Assembly (NCBI RefSeq): GCF_004010195.1 | Contig: NC_057720.1 | Span: 12,574,846 to 12,638,845 of the forward strand | Source of the DNA: Chiloscyllium plagiosum | Taxonomy: Eukaryota | Direction of reading: 5' to 3' | Length of the DNA: 64,000 nucleotides | Shown here: positions 12,501 through 26,354 of the stretch, one piece after another | Position numbering within the stretch: position 1 is the stretch's first letter | Layout: each line of letters opens with the position of its first letter | Notes under the pieces: generated by a model | The model's database searches: none | Told to the model about the DNA's origin: nothing | Seen by the model: only the letters and a program-made list of their open reading frames with translations | Made by a program: the position numbers and the translations under genes

Positions 12501-13339
12501 CACCATTTCTGTCTTGAACTTACTCAGTGATTGATCTGCCCCAGCCTTCTGAGCTAAAGAATTCCAAAGATTCACCACCCTCTGAGTGAAGAAATGTCTC
12601 CTTATCCCAGTCTTAATTGACATTCCCATTATACTGAGATGATGTCCCTGGTTTGATACTCACCAGCCTGGGGTTGTTTCATTTTTCAATTATATTGTTG
12701 CACTGTGAACCTGAATGACAAATATATTTCTCATCAGTCAAAACTGTTTATTCCTTAGCTTCGGAGTTAATTTTTAGCAGCAGACGTTTCACTCTGCCAA
12801 CTACTTTGACAGTAACCAGATGTCTGGTTACATGATGGATCAGAATCATCTTAAAAATGTTGGGCTGAAATGCTTAACTGATAGTTGATATTTAAAAGGT
12901 TATTTAACATTGAGAAATAATCCCATTATTGCTTAAAGTCATGGAGGTTAAATGTTTGACCCCTTCCATCATGGTCAATTTACGTGAGTTTATGGCACAG
13001 TTAGGTAGTGTACCCTCCAATGTTCCTCAATATCTCTGAGGTAGGGAATCCAAGCTGACCAAAGCCTAGCACAGAATTGTTACTGTCCCTAGGAGGCCAT
13101 TCAGCCCACTGTTTCTCCCCTGGCTGCCCACCTCTCCTCTTTTCATTCATCTGATCTCTCCCTGTAAACCTGCACATACTTTCTTAACCCTGATACCATT
13201 CTGGTAAACCTCTTCCATACTCTCTCCAATGCCTTCACATCTGTTCCAAAGTGTTTCACGTAGAACTATCACACACAATACTCCAGCTGTAGCCAAACTG
13301 GTGTTTTATACAAGTTCACCATCACCTCAAAGGCTACTC

Positions 13340-14072
13340 ACTGGGATTTAGAAGAATGAGAGGTGATCTTATTGAAAGATGTAGGATTCTTAAGGGGCTT
13401 GTCAAGGTAAATGCTGAGAGGATGTTTCTCCAAAACAGAGAGCCTAGGACCAGAGGGCACAGTCTCAGAATAAAGGAGCACCAATTTAAGACTGAGATGA
13501 GGAGGAATTTCTCCCCTCAGAGGGTTGTGAGTCTTTGGAACGACACTGTGGGGGCAGAGTCCTTGCGTATATTTAAGGCTGATTGCTCAGTTGGGGAATT
13601 AAGGATTACAGAGTAAATTACAGGAAAGTGGACATAAGGAATGTCAGATCAGCCATGATCCTATTGAATGGTGGAGCAGACTTGACGGGCTGAATGGCCT
13701 TCTCTGACTCCTATTGTTATGGTCTTATGCATGACCTCATTAATAAAATCAAGGATATTATTAACTGGAAAGTCCAAGTTTAGAGGGCATGGGTTTAGGA
13801 TAAAAGGGGAAAGATTTAAAAGGGACCTAAGGGGCAACTTTTCCATGTAGAGGGTGGTACGTGTATGGAATGAGCTGCCAGAGGAAGTGGTAGAGGTTGG
13901 CACAATTACAGCATTTAAAAAGCATCTGGATGGCTATATGAATAGGAAGGGTTTTGAAGGATATGGGCCAAGTGCTGTCAAATGGGACTAGATTAATTTA
14001 GGATATCTGGTTGGCATGGACGAGTTGGACCGAAGGGTCTGCTTCCATACTATACATCTCTATGACTCTATG
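13340..14072 (+). mobile_element. Two adjacent CR1 3' fragments of different subfamilies (13340-13730, 13770-14072)
   Basis: MRGDLIE..RGHSLRIK..FKTEMRRNF; second ends ctctatgactctatgac. Confidence 0.85.
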
Positions 14073-14749
14073 ACCTATCTTGACACCTTATTTACACACA
14101 CAAGGTCACTCTGCTTCTGTATCCCTTTTGGAGTTGTACCCTTCATTTTATTCCCATGTCCTTCCGAACAAAATGTATCATTTAACATTTCTCCGGATTG
14201 AACTTCATCTGCCATCTGTCTACCCACTCCATTAACTTGGGCTATGTCCTCTTGAAGTTCTGAAATTCTACACTTTTCCTCCACTTAGTTTACAATGCTT
14301 CCAAATTTTATGTCATCTGCTAATTTTGAAATTGTCTCCTGTACACCAAGATTTAAGTCATTCATTTAGATTAGGGAATGCAGGGGCACTCGCACTGACC
14401 CCAGAAGAACTCCAGTATAAACTTAACCCCAGCCTGGAAGGCATCCATTAACTATTGCTTTCAGTTTCTTGTCACTCAGCCAAATTGCTACTGTTTCCTT
14501 TATTTCGTGAACTGTATCTTTGCTCACAAGATCTGTATGGCACTGTTACCAAATGCATTTCCGAAGTTCACATACATTACATCATCATCATTACGTCACA
14601 CAGCAACAGCATTGTCCTGAAAATTCTCTCTGTTACCACTTCAAAAAACTCCAGTAACAACGCTATCATTGGTGACCAAACTGGATATGAGCAGGAATGA
14701 CAGTCCTTTCCCCCTCTGACTATTCTACCACTTTAGCTAGCATTTTTTT

Positions 14750-14950
14750 TTTAGATTAGATTACTTACAGTGCGGAAACAGCCCAACAAGTCCACACTGA
14801 CCCTCCGAAGAGCAACCCACCCAGACCCATTCCCCTACATTTACCCTTTCACCTAACACTAGGGGCAATTTAGCATGGTCAATTCACCTAAACTACATAT
14901 TTTTGGACTGTGGGAGGAAACCGGAGCACCTGAAGGAAACCCATGAAGAC
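14750..14950 (-). mobile_element. HE1-type SINE 3' half
   Basis: ttagattagattacttacagtg tail; ggactgtgggaggaaaccggagcac. Confidence 0.88.
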
Positions 14951-15251
14951 ATGAGGTATTTTCTGTCCCCAAACCCATTGTATAATTGTGTGATGTCCCA
15001 CCTCTTTCAGGGGTTAGAGTGAATCTCCAGAGGCAGAAGCTTCAGTTCCATGGATCACCAGTCTGTGAGGGTCCTCCATGTGGTAACATGGCTGGTTCGG
15101 AATTCATGCCACTGATGGACAATGACTTGAGCGAGGCTGTACAAGGAAACAGGGCAGGAATGCAGGTGACAGCACGGAATCTGTGGGTGTTGCAAAAGCC
15201 ATCAAAAGTGTGAGCAACAATAGTGTAGTTTTTAAGCCATATTCAGGATAC

Positions 15252-15375
15252 TACCTGATGAAGGAGGAGCACTCCAAAAGCTCGTGCTTCCAAATAAATC
15301 TGTTGGACTATAACCTGGTGCTGTGTGATTTTTAACTTCGTCCACCCCAGTCCGACACCGGCACCTCCAAATCAT
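15252..15375 (+). mobile_element. PLE family 2 tail, single arm
   Basis: acctgatgaaggaggagcactccaaaagctcgtg...caccggcacctccaaatcat. Confidence 0.8.
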
Positions 15376-15892
15376 TATACTATTGAATGGTTTGAAAAGC
15401 AGAGACTTCAAGCAAGTATTAGTTTCTCTGAAGATCATTATGATGAACAAATAAGTTATACAATGCTTCAAACAAAGGTGTTCTCTTGTAGTGTTAACAT
15501 AAAAATGTCTATAATGAAAACAGATATCGCTGGAGAATCTCAGCAGGGTTGGCAGCAACTGAGGGAAGAAAGCAGAGTCAATATTTTGAGTCCTGTGACT
15601 CTTCATTGGATGTGTGATAAAAATGTCTGTTCCTTGTTCAAATTAATATAGTGTTTAATAGAAAATGTGCATAATTTTATTAAACTTCGTAACAAAAAAG
15701 AAGTGCCTACACTGCCTGCAACTTGCTAACATTAAGGACAGTTAAATGGTGACTGGATAGGCATATGGACGAGAATGGAATAATGTAGGTTAGATAGGCT
15801 ACAGATTGATTCCACAGGTCAGTGCGACATTGAGGGCTGAAGGGCCTGTACTGCGCTGTAATGTTCTGTGATCTATGTCTAAGTGGAGTATT

Positions 15893-16104
15893 TAGAGTTT
15901 CCAGTCATTGCCATAAGGTGTGATGGTTTTTTTTATGTTGGTAAGTGGATGTGAAGTGGGGTAAGAATAGCTGTGAATAGCTTTTCACTGTCTAAGTGTA
16001 GAGTTTCCAGTCATTGCCATAAGGTGTGATGGTTTTTTTTAATGTTGGTAAGTGGATGTGAGTGGGGTAAGAATAGCTGTGAATAGCTTTTCACTGTCTA
16101 AGTG
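15893..16104. repeat. 106-bp tandem duplication
   Basis: 15893-15998 and 15999-16104 near identical. Confidence 0.95.
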
Positions 16105-16194
16105 GCACATAGACTAAAAGGATTGATTCCAGTCCATAATGCAAACAAGGATTGCATTAAAATACAATGGGTTGTGTCTAATGGCTCTTTGCTG

Positions 16195-16315
16195 GAGCTG
16201 ACTGAAGATGTTACTTAGTAGGGTGACGAAATGTCTGAAAATGAACCTTCCACTCAGCGAGCAAACCTACAACCAAAACCTCAACCTGAGCTACAAATCT
16301 TCTCAAAACTCGCTA
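16195..16315 (+). mobile_element. PLE family 3 (Penelope/Poseidon-type) tail with hammerhead motif
   Basis: CTGAAGA-TGTTACttagtaggGTGAC-GAAATGTC at 16202-16235; same tail as 59567-59681. Confidence 0.85.
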
Positions 16316-16671
16316 ACATATTGTTATTGTTGAAACTTTGCACAGCAACTGGATTTGTTCTGTCTATGAGTGAGAGAGTTTCTCCTGGAAACACAGGAGA
16401 TGTCGGAGTGTTTTAATTGAGGGGTTTAAGATGATTAAGGATATCAATAGGATAGATAAACAGTTTCCTCTGGTTGGACAGTCCAGACAAGAGAACATAG
16501 TCTTAATATTAGAGAGGGGCCTTTTTGGGGTGGTGTTCAGAAACACTTCAGCATACATAGGTCAGTGGAAAAGTTTCAAGGGTGAGACTGACAAAAATTT
16601 GTCCAGTCAGAATATTAAGAGTTATGGAACCAAGGTGTGACCAATCAGACATGATCTAAAATCATCTTGAA

Positions 16672-17064
16672 GGGGTGCAGGTTCATAGTGCTTTGAAAGT
16701 GGAGTTGCAGGTAGACAGGGTTGTGAAGAAGGTTTTTGGTATGCTTTGCTTTGTTGGTCAGTGCATTGAGTATAGGAGCTGGGGTATCATGATGCAGCTG
16801 TGCAGGACATTGGTTAGGTCACTTTTAGAACACTGCATTCAGTTCTGGTCTCCCTGCTAGGGTGGTGTGTGTATGGAATGGGCTGCCAGAGAAAGTGGCG
16901 GAGGCTGGTACAATTACAGCATTTAAAATGCATCTGGATGGGTGTATGAATAGGAAGGGTTTAGAGGGATATGGGCCAAATGTTGGCAAATGGGAATACG
17001 TTAATTTAGGATATCTGGTTGGCATGGATGAGTTGGAATTGCGGTATGACTGTATGACTCTATG
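16672..17064 (+). mobile_element. CR1 fragment with internal deletion
   Basis: VQVHSALKVELQVDR...QFWSPC fused to VWNGLPEKV. Confidence 0.88.
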
Positions 17065-17581
17065 AATGGTTTTTCCTTGTTCTTTTGTCTCTACATTATG
17101 TAGTAATGTGTAAAACAATCCTGTCTCTTCCCTTAGATTTCATCTCCCAAATATTTTAGAGATATTATGGTATGACGTTCCTTGTTGATAATGTTCAGGA
17201 TTTAAATCTTTGTAATTTAGATACTGACTCAATCAGGACTTGAGGCATACAAATTAAAATGATTTCTTTTTCTTCATCGCTCCTGCGTAAGAGCAATGAC
17301 CACTCTTCAAAACGAATTTATTCTCTATCATGTGCTTTGGGAAACCGCCAGGTATGAAACACATTAAACAAATGTAACAGTTCTGTCTCAATGTGCCACC
17401 ATTGCAAAACATTGGCTGTACAGGTAAAACTGAAGAAGCTGTACCTGGGGATATTCGTACCTAAGATGGCCCCCTAAGCGACTTGTGTAATTTTCACTGT
17501 ACTATCTGAGTACATGTGACAGTAAAGCCAATTCAAATCAATTCAAAAATACTGCTCCGCAAGGTTTGCAACCAGCGCAGT

Positions 17582-17873
17582 GGGTGGCACGGTGTCTCAG
17601 TGGTTAGCACTGCTGCCTCACAGCACCTGGGACCCGGTTCAATCCCTGCATCAGGCAACTGTCTGTGTGGAGTGTGCACGTTCTCCCCGTGTGTGTGTGT
17701 GATTTTCCTCCCACAATCCAAAGATGTGCAGATTAGGTGAATTGGCCATGCTAAATTGCCAAGTCAGGGGTAAATGTAGGGTAGGGAAAAGGGTCTGGGT
17801 CAGTTACTCTTCAGAGGGTCAAAGTGGACTTAGTGGGCCAAAGAGCCTCTTTACATACTGTAGGGAATCTAAT
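17582..17873 (+). mobile_element. HE1-type SINE
   Basis: Head, V-domain and tail present. Confidence 0.9.
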
Positions 17874-18109
17874 CTTTAAAAGAAAGCTTGTGTATCATTT
17901 TTGAGGGATATCTCAAAAAGTTTCAAATAAATCTGTTTACTCTGACTCTTGTTTTCCAGGCAAATGTTGCAGAAAGATTACTGCTGAGTCCCACAGACAG
18001 TAAAGACAAAGTTGAATGAGCAGTCATTCTGTTTTTTTTGATGTTAGTTGAGATACTAGTGATTTACACCGCAACTCTTCAAAATTACACAGTGGGATAT
18101 TAAATGTCC

Positions 18110-18620
18110 TCCTGAGTGTCATTGACAATGCCATCAAGCAGCACCTTCTCAGTGACATTCAGTTTCACTACTACCAGGGCCACTCAGCTCCTGACCTCAT
18201 TACAGCCTTGGTTCAAACATGGGCAAAAGAGCTGAATTCCAGAGGGAAGGTAAGTGTGACAGCCCTTGAACTCATGGCTGCATTCGATCGAGTGAGGCAT
18301 CAAAGAGCCCCAACAAAACTGGGGTCGAGGGGAAACACCCACCAGAAAGGATGATGGTTGTGTTTGTTGGAGGTCATTAATCTCACCGCATGACATCTCT
18401 TCTGGAGTTCCTCAGGAGCCATCTCCAGCTGGTTCAATTTTGGCATTCCCTCCATCATAACATCAGAAGGCAGGATGTTTTCTGAAGAATGCACAATATT
18501 CAGCATCCTTTGCCACTCTTCAGACACTGAAGCAGTCCATTTCCAAATGCAGGATGACCTGGAAAATATTCAGGTTTAGGCTGACAGTAATATACGTGCC
18601 AGGCAATGACCACCATCAAC
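18110..18620 (+). mobile_element. L2/CR1-group LINE family B, RT fragment
   Basis: ccagggccactcagctcctgacctcattacagccttggttcaaacatgg matches 63449-63500. Confidence 0.75.
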
Positions 18621-19419
18621 AAACAGAGAGTCAACGCTATTAAGAGATAAGCAATGGAGGTTTTTTGCTTAATTATAGGACAACAGACTTGGAGAAGCCT
18701 TAGATGTGTGCTGTGCATTGCTTAGCAACAGCCTCTGAGATCAAGTTACAATGTGATTTCATTGTAAGTAAGTTGTTGAAGAAGCTGACGTCCAAAAGCT
18801 CATTGTCTTAGGGATAGATCTTCAAGCAAAACCAACTGAGAGATCTCTCTCACTGAAGTAGTTAGAAAACATGATTAATCTTAAAATATCCAGGCTCCTA
18901 ATTATTTCCTATCTGAATGTCAAATCTAATCTGAAGAACTATCATTCAATGGCCATTAACAATTTGATCTTGTCAGCAGGGAATTGAAAGAACTGTGAGA
19001 AGTTAGTCCATTCTATCTTCTGAATTTGTATCCTTGACTTACAGGGATGTTGTTCATTTTTCGCCTATTTGTTTCAAATTCATGATATGCCTACAGAACT
19101 GTATGGTCTTGGTTTATTGATGTATGTATGTGTATGCTTAGGATTAAGGGAATATAGTTTAATTCTGAATGGAAGCTTAGGTGTTAACTAATTTAGCCTA
19201 TTATTTATAGATTTCTAATAGCTGAATTATATTTTGACTTCATTGAAGCAGTGTGATCTTTAACACTGGCTTGTGGAACAAAAGAGAGAGCACTTGACCA
19301 TTTGGTGAGTCAATGAAGCAGTTTGATTACCAGCGCATCATCAGGGTTATAACCAGTGGATAGGTGAGGCCTCAGTTTTGCATCATACTGCCATTGAATA
19401 CTGTTCCGTGTACAGAGTG

Positions 19420-19553
19420 TGCTGAAGAAAGAGTCATACCAAACTCGAAACATTAACCCTGTTTTTCTCTCTCCACGGATGCTGCCAGACCTGCTGAGTT
19501 TCTCCAGAATTCTCCGTGCGTGTTTCAGATTCCCAGCATCCATGGTATTTTGT
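19420..19553 (+). mobile_element. PLE family 4 tail
   Basis: ctgaagaaagagtcataccaaactcgaaacatta...gatgctgccagacctgctgag. Confidence 0.7.
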
Positions 19554-19989
19554 CCATGCATCCAGTGCCAGACTGTTCCACCAGGCTGTCCAAATCCTCT
19601 TGGAACCTATGACTACCTTCCCCATTGAGTTTGAAACAGTGCCGGGAATATGGTTTTCAAGGCAGCTTTGTGTTTTTAATACGTGCTAAGTCTTCCTGAA
19701 TGTTCCGCGTTTGTCAGTTCGCAATGTTCTTTTTGTCTTCCTGCTACACGTCAAAACCAAAACCTGTATATTTTCTCAGAAACATTCCTATTGATATTCG
19801 GTTGGAAATAATTTATGTTAGAACATTCTTCAATTAAGATTTCCATCCAAACATGTTGTGAATCACTGGGGCCAACTCTCAGCTCCACTTTCCTGCAGAA
19901 GTTGCGACCATTTGCATAACTGGCTTAAAATTATTTTGTTTACTCCTTTTCTCCCTGGGGTTTATGGGGTTAGATATCCCTGGGTTTTT

Positions 19990-20198
19990 AATTACATTTA
20001 TATAGCACCTTTCAAAACCTCAAGTTACCTCCAAATGCTTTACAGCCAATCAATTTGTTTTTTTGAAATGCAGCCATTGCAACTAAGTAGGAAGTATGAT
20101 TACCAATTTGTGCAAAGAAAGCACTCGCAGATTAAGACAAAAGGAAATAATAACCAGACGACTTATTGCTGATGTTGACTGAAGAATAAATATTGGCC
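19990..20198 (-). mobile_element. Deu-domain SINE (SacSINE1/AmnSINE-like) 3' part, old
   Basis: catttatatagcaccttt...gctttacagccaat...aataaatattggcc; similar relics near 17880, 39975-40950, 42640, 53500, 56900. Confidence 0.6.
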
Positions 20199-21670
20199 TA
20201 GCGGTATTATCACTGGACTGTTAATGTAGAGACCCAGGTAATGTTCTGGGGACCCAGGTTCAAAACCTGCCACAGCAGATGGTGGAATTTGAATTCAATA
20301 TACAAAAGACAAAATTTGAATTAAGAGTCTAAATGATAACTAAGAATCCTTTGTCGATTGTCAGAAAATCCATTTGGTTCACTAATGTCCTTTAGGGAAG
20401 GAAATCTGCCAAGCTTACCAGGATCTGGCCTATATGTAACTCCAGATCCACAGCAATGTGGTTGACTCCTAACTGCCCTCTGGGCAATTAGGGTTGGCCG
20501 ACCAACGCTGCCTTGCCAGTGATGCCCTCATCCTGTGAGTGAATAAAGGAAAGAGAAGAACTGGGGCCTATTAAGGATTTAAAAGGAGAGTTATACATGG
20601 AGGCAAGGTGGGATGTTTTTGATATTAAACGAGAATTTTACCAAGGAGGATGGTATTGCCAAAGTCATAGTGTAAGTGGAGGTCAGTGTAATCCTGGGTG
20701 GGCCCAAAATTGATCAAAGTGGGTATTGGATCAGGTAGCTGTATTCAAAGTGGATAAGCCAGCAGGACCAGATCAGATATAGCCAAGGAGGGAAGGTGAA
20801 AATTGTGGAGACACTGGGATACAGTGCCTGAGGACCGGAGAACTGGCATTTCATTCACTGGATGTGGATGTTGTTGACCAGGTCAGCATTTATAGCCATT
20901 CCGAATAGTCCAAAGAGTCAACCACATTGCTGTGGGTCTGGAGTCACATTTAGGCCAGACCAGGTAAGGATGGCAGATTTCCCTCCCGAAAGGACATTGG
21001 TGAACCAGGTGGGCTTTTCCTGACAATCCATGATGGATTTTTCATCACCATTAGACTCTTCATTCCAGATTATTTTACTGAATTCAAATTCCACCATCTG
21101 CAATGCTGGGTTCAAAAACGGAGTCTCCTGAACATTGCCTGTGTCTCCAGATTACTAGCGTAGCGATAATGTCATTAGGCTATTGTCACTTCTTAGATAC
21201 TTGTGGTAAGACACCGTCAGTACCCTGCAGGCAGTGTCTCCTCAGCGGACCAAACAGCAAACTGATTACCTCAAACTCAGCCAATGGGCAATTGATCATT
21301 CACCACATGTTCCACTGAATAAATACATTTTTTTATAATTCATTCATGGGATGTGGTCTTCACTGGCCAAGCCAGCATTTATTGCTCATCCCTAATTGCC
21401 CAGAGGGCAGTTAACAGTCAACCACATTGCTGTGGGTCTGGTGTCACATGTAGGCCTGACCTGGTAAGGATGGCAGTTTCCTTCCCTAAAGGACATTAGT
21501 GAACCATATGGGTTTTCAGATATCATTAATGGATTTTCAGTTATGGTTTAGACTCTTAATCCCAGTTTTTTTTAGCATTGAATTCAAATTCCACCATCTC
21601 CTGTAACAGGTTTTGAACCTAGGTTGCCAGAACATTACCCGGGCTCTACGTTAACAGGCCATTGCCTCCC
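20195..21670. mobile_element. Three copies of tRNA-like SINE family B (20195-20550 +, 20848-21190 -, 21330-21670 -)
   Basis: Shared core ttcactaatgtcctttagggaaggaaatctgcc...ccacagcaatgtggttgactc; 3' tail shared with LINE family B. Confidence 0.85.
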
Positions 21671-23212
21671 CTTACCACCTTTCATTGTATATATGCTTAT
21701 AAATGACTTCCCAATCCCATTTTAAGGTAGATGCTAGTCTTGTTCTACTCTCCTTACTTTTCCTATTTTCTTACTGCCCCTCTGAGCTTACAGTGTGCAG
21801 CCTCATTTATAATTGATTCATCCACCTGACATCTACCATGGGCACCCATTTTCTGCTTCATCTTGCTCTTGATCATTTTCAACATATGGCTTGGTATGAC
21901 CTACCTTTCCTCACCATGGCAATGTGTCATAACCTGAATCTCTTAATAAAGGAAGCAGACCCATATTCCTGTCAGTTTTGTCTGCTAGTCTTTGGCATCA
22001 AGTTTCCTGGGTCAGATCCATTCTTACCCAATTGATGTTGGCCCTCAGCCGAATAATTATCTTTATTATGGGTTGCTCCTTCTACTTTTCCATAGCTAAT
22101 CTAAACCTGATGTTACAGCATATGACCTCAGCGACAGTATTGTGTACAGTTGTGGGCACTGTTAAGAAAGATGTGAATGCATTGGAAAGTGTCCTTAAGT
22201 GATCTACAAGAATAGTTTTACCCTTAGCTTACCACATAAATAAACACCAACAGTAAATTCAGAACAAACGATATAGTCATCGAACCATCCAATTTGATCT
22301 CTTTCTAAACATTTACAGAAATGATTATGAATTATCCTTGACAGCGCAAAAATGATTTACAAGCATGGTTCCAAGAATGAGAAACTTCTGTGATGAGGAT
22401 AGATTGAAGACGTTGGGACTGTGCTCCTTGGACAGAGGAAAACTGGGAAGGAGATCTCATTGGGGTTTTCCATATTAAGAGTGGGATAGACAGAGGAGGC
22501 AGGGAGCAGCGGTTTCCGAATGTAGAAGGAGCAAGAATGAGAGGGAATAGATTTAAAGTGATCTGCGAATGAAGCAAGGCAAGTGAATCATAGTTGAATT
22601 ATAGAGTCCCTACAGCATGGAAACAGGCCATTTGGCCCAACAAGTCCACACTGCCCTCTGAAGAGTAACTCGCTCTGAAGTGAGATAGGACATTTTCGCA
22701 CAGAGAGTAGTTTGGGATGGAATGCACTGTCTGGAAATGGTGTAGGCAGGTTGAACTAAAGCACTCAAGGGGGCATTGGGTGGTTATTTGAATCATAATG
22801 GTATGCAGGATGATAGGTAAAGGCTGGAGATTGGCACAAGGGGATAGAGCCAGATGAGATAATAAAGCCAATGCAGGCATGATGGGCTGGATTGTCTCCT
22901 TCTTACACTGTAATAATTCAGTGATGTTCACTAAATGCTCCACTCCTGAGTCTCTTGACTGAACTCATTTCACAGCCACACCATCTTTCCAATTGGACTG
23001 GGAACATACTGATTCAGAAACCTCTCCAGAGAACATTCTAGAATTGCTCTCCCACCTCTTTCCTTTGCCTTACCATTAGCTGAGTCTATAATAGGAAAAA
23101 TAAAGTCTCCTGTTACAACTACTCAATATTTCCTGTATGTCTCTATAACTTATTTGAGAGTTATTGTTCTGTATTTTTCCCACTGGTTGGTGACCTGTAG
23201 ACAATATGCTAG

Positions 23213-23365
23213 GAGTGAGTGAGGACTGGAGGTGCTGGAGATCAGAGTCAAAAAGTGTGGTGCTGGAAAAGCACAGCCAGTTAGGCAGCATCTTATGCTC
23301 AAAATGTTGACTCTGATGCTCCTCAGATGCTGCCTGACCTTTTCTAGCGCCACACCTTTTGACAG
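23213..23365. mobile_element. Fold-back PLE family 1
   Basis: gtcaaaaagtgtggtgctggaaaa inverted against tttctagcgccacaccttttgac. Confidence 0.75.
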
Positions 23366-23710
23366 TAGACAATATGCCACAATGTAATGATTTTTTTACC
23401 TTTAACCAAATGGACTCCGTCACAATAAGAAAAGTACTGACCATACCTAGCCGGCCTGCGCTTGCAAAATAATGTCTAACATTAGATGTGAGTCTACAAT
23501 TGGACACCATTTGCTGAATAATCCCAAGTGTGGGGGGAATGAAACTGACATCCAGTTTCGTCCATTGGACTTGCAGTGTGGCACACTTTCACTGATTGGT
23601 AGCTACATATGTTAAGACGCGTAGGGCCCTGTTCTTGCTGACAGAAAGAAATCTACGTACAATGCACTTGTCTTAACTCGATTGGTGACAGCCATGCCCT
23701 GACCAATTGG

Positions 23711-24118
23711 AAAATGTGAGGACTGCAGATGCTGGAGACTAGAGTTGAAAAATGTGGTGCTGAAAAAATACAGCAGGCCAGGCAGCATCCGAGGAGCAGG
23801 AGAATCGACGTTTCGGCATAAGCCCTTCTTCAGGAATGAGGCTGATGTGCCAAGCAGGCTGAGGTAAAAGGTAGGGGGGAGGGAATTTGGGGGAGGGATG
23901 CTGGGAATAGGATAGGTGGAAGGAGGTGAGGGTGAGGGTGCTAGGCCGGAGAGGGGGTGGGGGCGGAGAGATCAGGAAGAGGATTGCAGGTCAAGAGCCC
24001 GCTTGGCACACCAGCCTCATTCCTGAAGAAGGGCTTATGCCCGAAACGGCAATTCTCCTGCCCCTCGGATGCTGCCTGGCCTGCTGTGTTTTTCCAGCAC
24101 CACATTTTTCAACCCTGA
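23711..24118. mobile_element. Fold-back PLE family 1 with G-rich spacer
   Basis: About 115-bp arms (23735-23855 / 24001-24118), both with hammerhead motif. Confidence 0.88.
23807..23833 (-). ncRNA. Minimal type I hammerhead ribozyme motif, core intact
   Basis: Reverse complement CUGAAGA-AG-GGC-UUAU-GCC-GAAA-CGUC. Confidence 0.7.
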
Positions 24119-24159
24119 CCAATGGGGGTCAATTTGCTGAGTTTAAATTTAAACAAAGG

Positions 24160-24325
24160 CGAAAATGAGGGCTGCAGATGCTAGAAATTAGAGTCAAGAA
24201 TGTGGTGCTGGAAAAGCACAGCAGAAAGGCCTGATGAAGGACTTTTGCCTGAAACATCGATTTTCCTGCTCCTCGGAGGCTGCCTGACCTGCTGTGCTTT
24301 TCCAACACCACAGTCTTGACTCTAA
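24160..24325. mobile_element. Fold-back PLE family 1
   Basis: tagagtcaaga...cacagcag / ctgctgtg...tcttgactcta; CTGATGA..GAAACATC. Confidence 0.85.
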
Positions 24326-24677
24326 ACAAAGTCTGGCTTTTAACTGTCAATTAAAAATCTTAATTGGTGCATTCTGTATGTCTAAATATCTACCAATTTG
24401 AGTCCACTTGTCAACCAATCAGGACTCTCCTCTCATGCAGTATGAATGTTGGTTCCTCCTTGAATTAATATTCATGTGAATTGTCCTAATAAGTGCAAGA
24501 AAACCTTCAACTCAATGTATCTTTACTCAAGGTCTGTATTACCAAATGACTGTCTCCAATGTTAATTACTGATTCCCACATCCCTGATAAGTTACTTTAA
24601 ACTCTCCCCAATGTCACATAAATCATCCATAAGGATTCTGCTCAGTTGTAACCCAGAGAAGTCTCACTGCACTCGGT

Positions 24678-24838
24678 TAGAGTCCAACAGGATTGTTTGA
24701 AATCACAAGCTTTCATAGAGCTGCTCCCTCGTCAGCTCTGACAGCTGAGATTTCAAATAAACCTGTTGGACCGTACCCTGGTGTCGTGTGACTTCTGACT
24801 TTGTCCACCCCAGTTCAACACCGGCACTTCCACACCAC
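24678..24838. mobile_element. Fold-back PLE family 2 variant
   Basis: gtccaacagg...ttgaaatc / gatttcaaataaacctgttggac, plus tail. Confidence 0.75.
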
Positions 24839-25949
24839 AGATGCAACCCATATAGCTGTCTCCTGCAGAGCCAGTCTGAATGTTCCAGGAATTAAAAATC
24901 TTCCCTCTTCCATCATCTGTCCAGTAAGGCACTCATCCAGTCATTCCTTCTGCTTCTGTACTGACTTGTTCCTGATCTTGAAGGAATGATGAAGGGTCTG
25001 TTTCCATGTTGTGCATCTCTATGACTCTCCTAAAAACAAGAAAAAAAAAGATTCTCAGCTGTCAATCATCATCTCACTGGTGCATTCTCTGATGCAACAC
25101 CTTTACCCTCAGGATTCACTAGCCAAGGAATAGGCAAGTTGTTCCCTTTTGCATTGGGAGAAATGTCCTAATGAATGCAAGATGGAAATCTCAACAATAC
25201 GCGTCTTTTTTTCGCAATGTTCAGACTGGAATATTGGTGAGAGAGTGAGACAGACTCAGAGGATTCCTGCACAGCCCATCTGGTCCTTCTTGACTGTCTG
25301 ACAGTCAAACATTTCCTTTTCATTCACATAACACCCTATGGAGCCACAGCATTAGCTCCAGCTGTAACCCACAGCTCTAGCCACTGCGGCTGGTGACACT
25401 TCTTCAACACGTGCGGGCAGTTTCCTGAAGTTTCCACATGGATTCAAGACACCTGTCCATGTCTCTATTCGAGAGATGATTTAAACAAATAAAGACTCAC
25501 CAACGACCCACCAATTAGCCACTCCTCTTGTTCTGATTTCAATTTATTTTAGAGGGACGTTAACTCAAGTTGTTTCCAAGATACTTTCAGTTCATGCTAA
25601 TGATCGAGAAACATCTTGTTTTAATTTATTGAGAAACATTCTGACTGCTTTAATTTTGCTTCTTTGACTGAAGGCAGATCCTCAATTATTTACCAGGCCA
25701 CAGCTGTGATTTTTACTATGGGGAGGATGCCAAGGCTTGCATGAATCTCCCTAAGCCCAGGATGGAGTTTGAAACCTGGGCTGGTGGCGGTAATTCGATC
25801 CACACAAGAACTGGCAAACCTGGAATTTTACCATCCCATTTTATTTTAAACCCGGGATCTGATTAGTAAATAGAACAGTGATTTTAATCAGATAATACAT
25901 CAAATTGCATTTAAAATTTGTTTCTTTTTGAATTAATTGATTGGTTTAA

Positions 25950-26125
25950 TGATGTGGAGGTGCTGGTATTGGGCTGGGGTGGACGAGGTCAGACGTAACA
26001 AGACACGAGGTATAGTCCAATCAAAAGCTTTCGTTGCGCTGCTCCCACATCCTTAGGACAAAGGAGCAGTGCTCTGAAAGCTTGTGATTTAAAATAAACC
26101 TTGTTGGAATATAACCTGGAGTCAT
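25950..26125. mobile_element. Fold-back PLE family 2 variant, long arm left
   Basis: atgatgtggaggtgctggt...tatagtccaa / ttggaatataacctgg. Confidence 0.7.
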
Positions 26126-26354
26126 TTCATTTTATAATTCATTAATGTTGATTAAATGGAATATTTTATGCATTCTATGATGTTTCAAAAAATGCATTTT
26201 CTTGTTTTCCTTGCCCCCCTACTCCCAGCTCTGACTCTATTAGTTTTAGGATTGTAGACCACAGATTGCTCGACTCTAAGTCTGATCAGCCATACTGCTC
26301 AATTCCTGATCTGTTTTACGCTGCTGCATTCCACATCTGTCCTGCCCCTGATCT

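Larger units (their letters stand above)
23370..24540 (+). mobile_element. Old PLE 3' region (GIY-YIG C-terminus, family 6) hosting younger fold-backs
   Basis: IGHHLLNNPKC (about 23500-23530), GP..RQKE-like (about 23625-23650), decayed hammerhead at about 24482. Confidence 0.55.

Noticed and set aside
18640..19350. Solo LTR (also 4630-4880)
   Set aside because: LTR-like impression only; I could not define TG..CA ends or a TSD.
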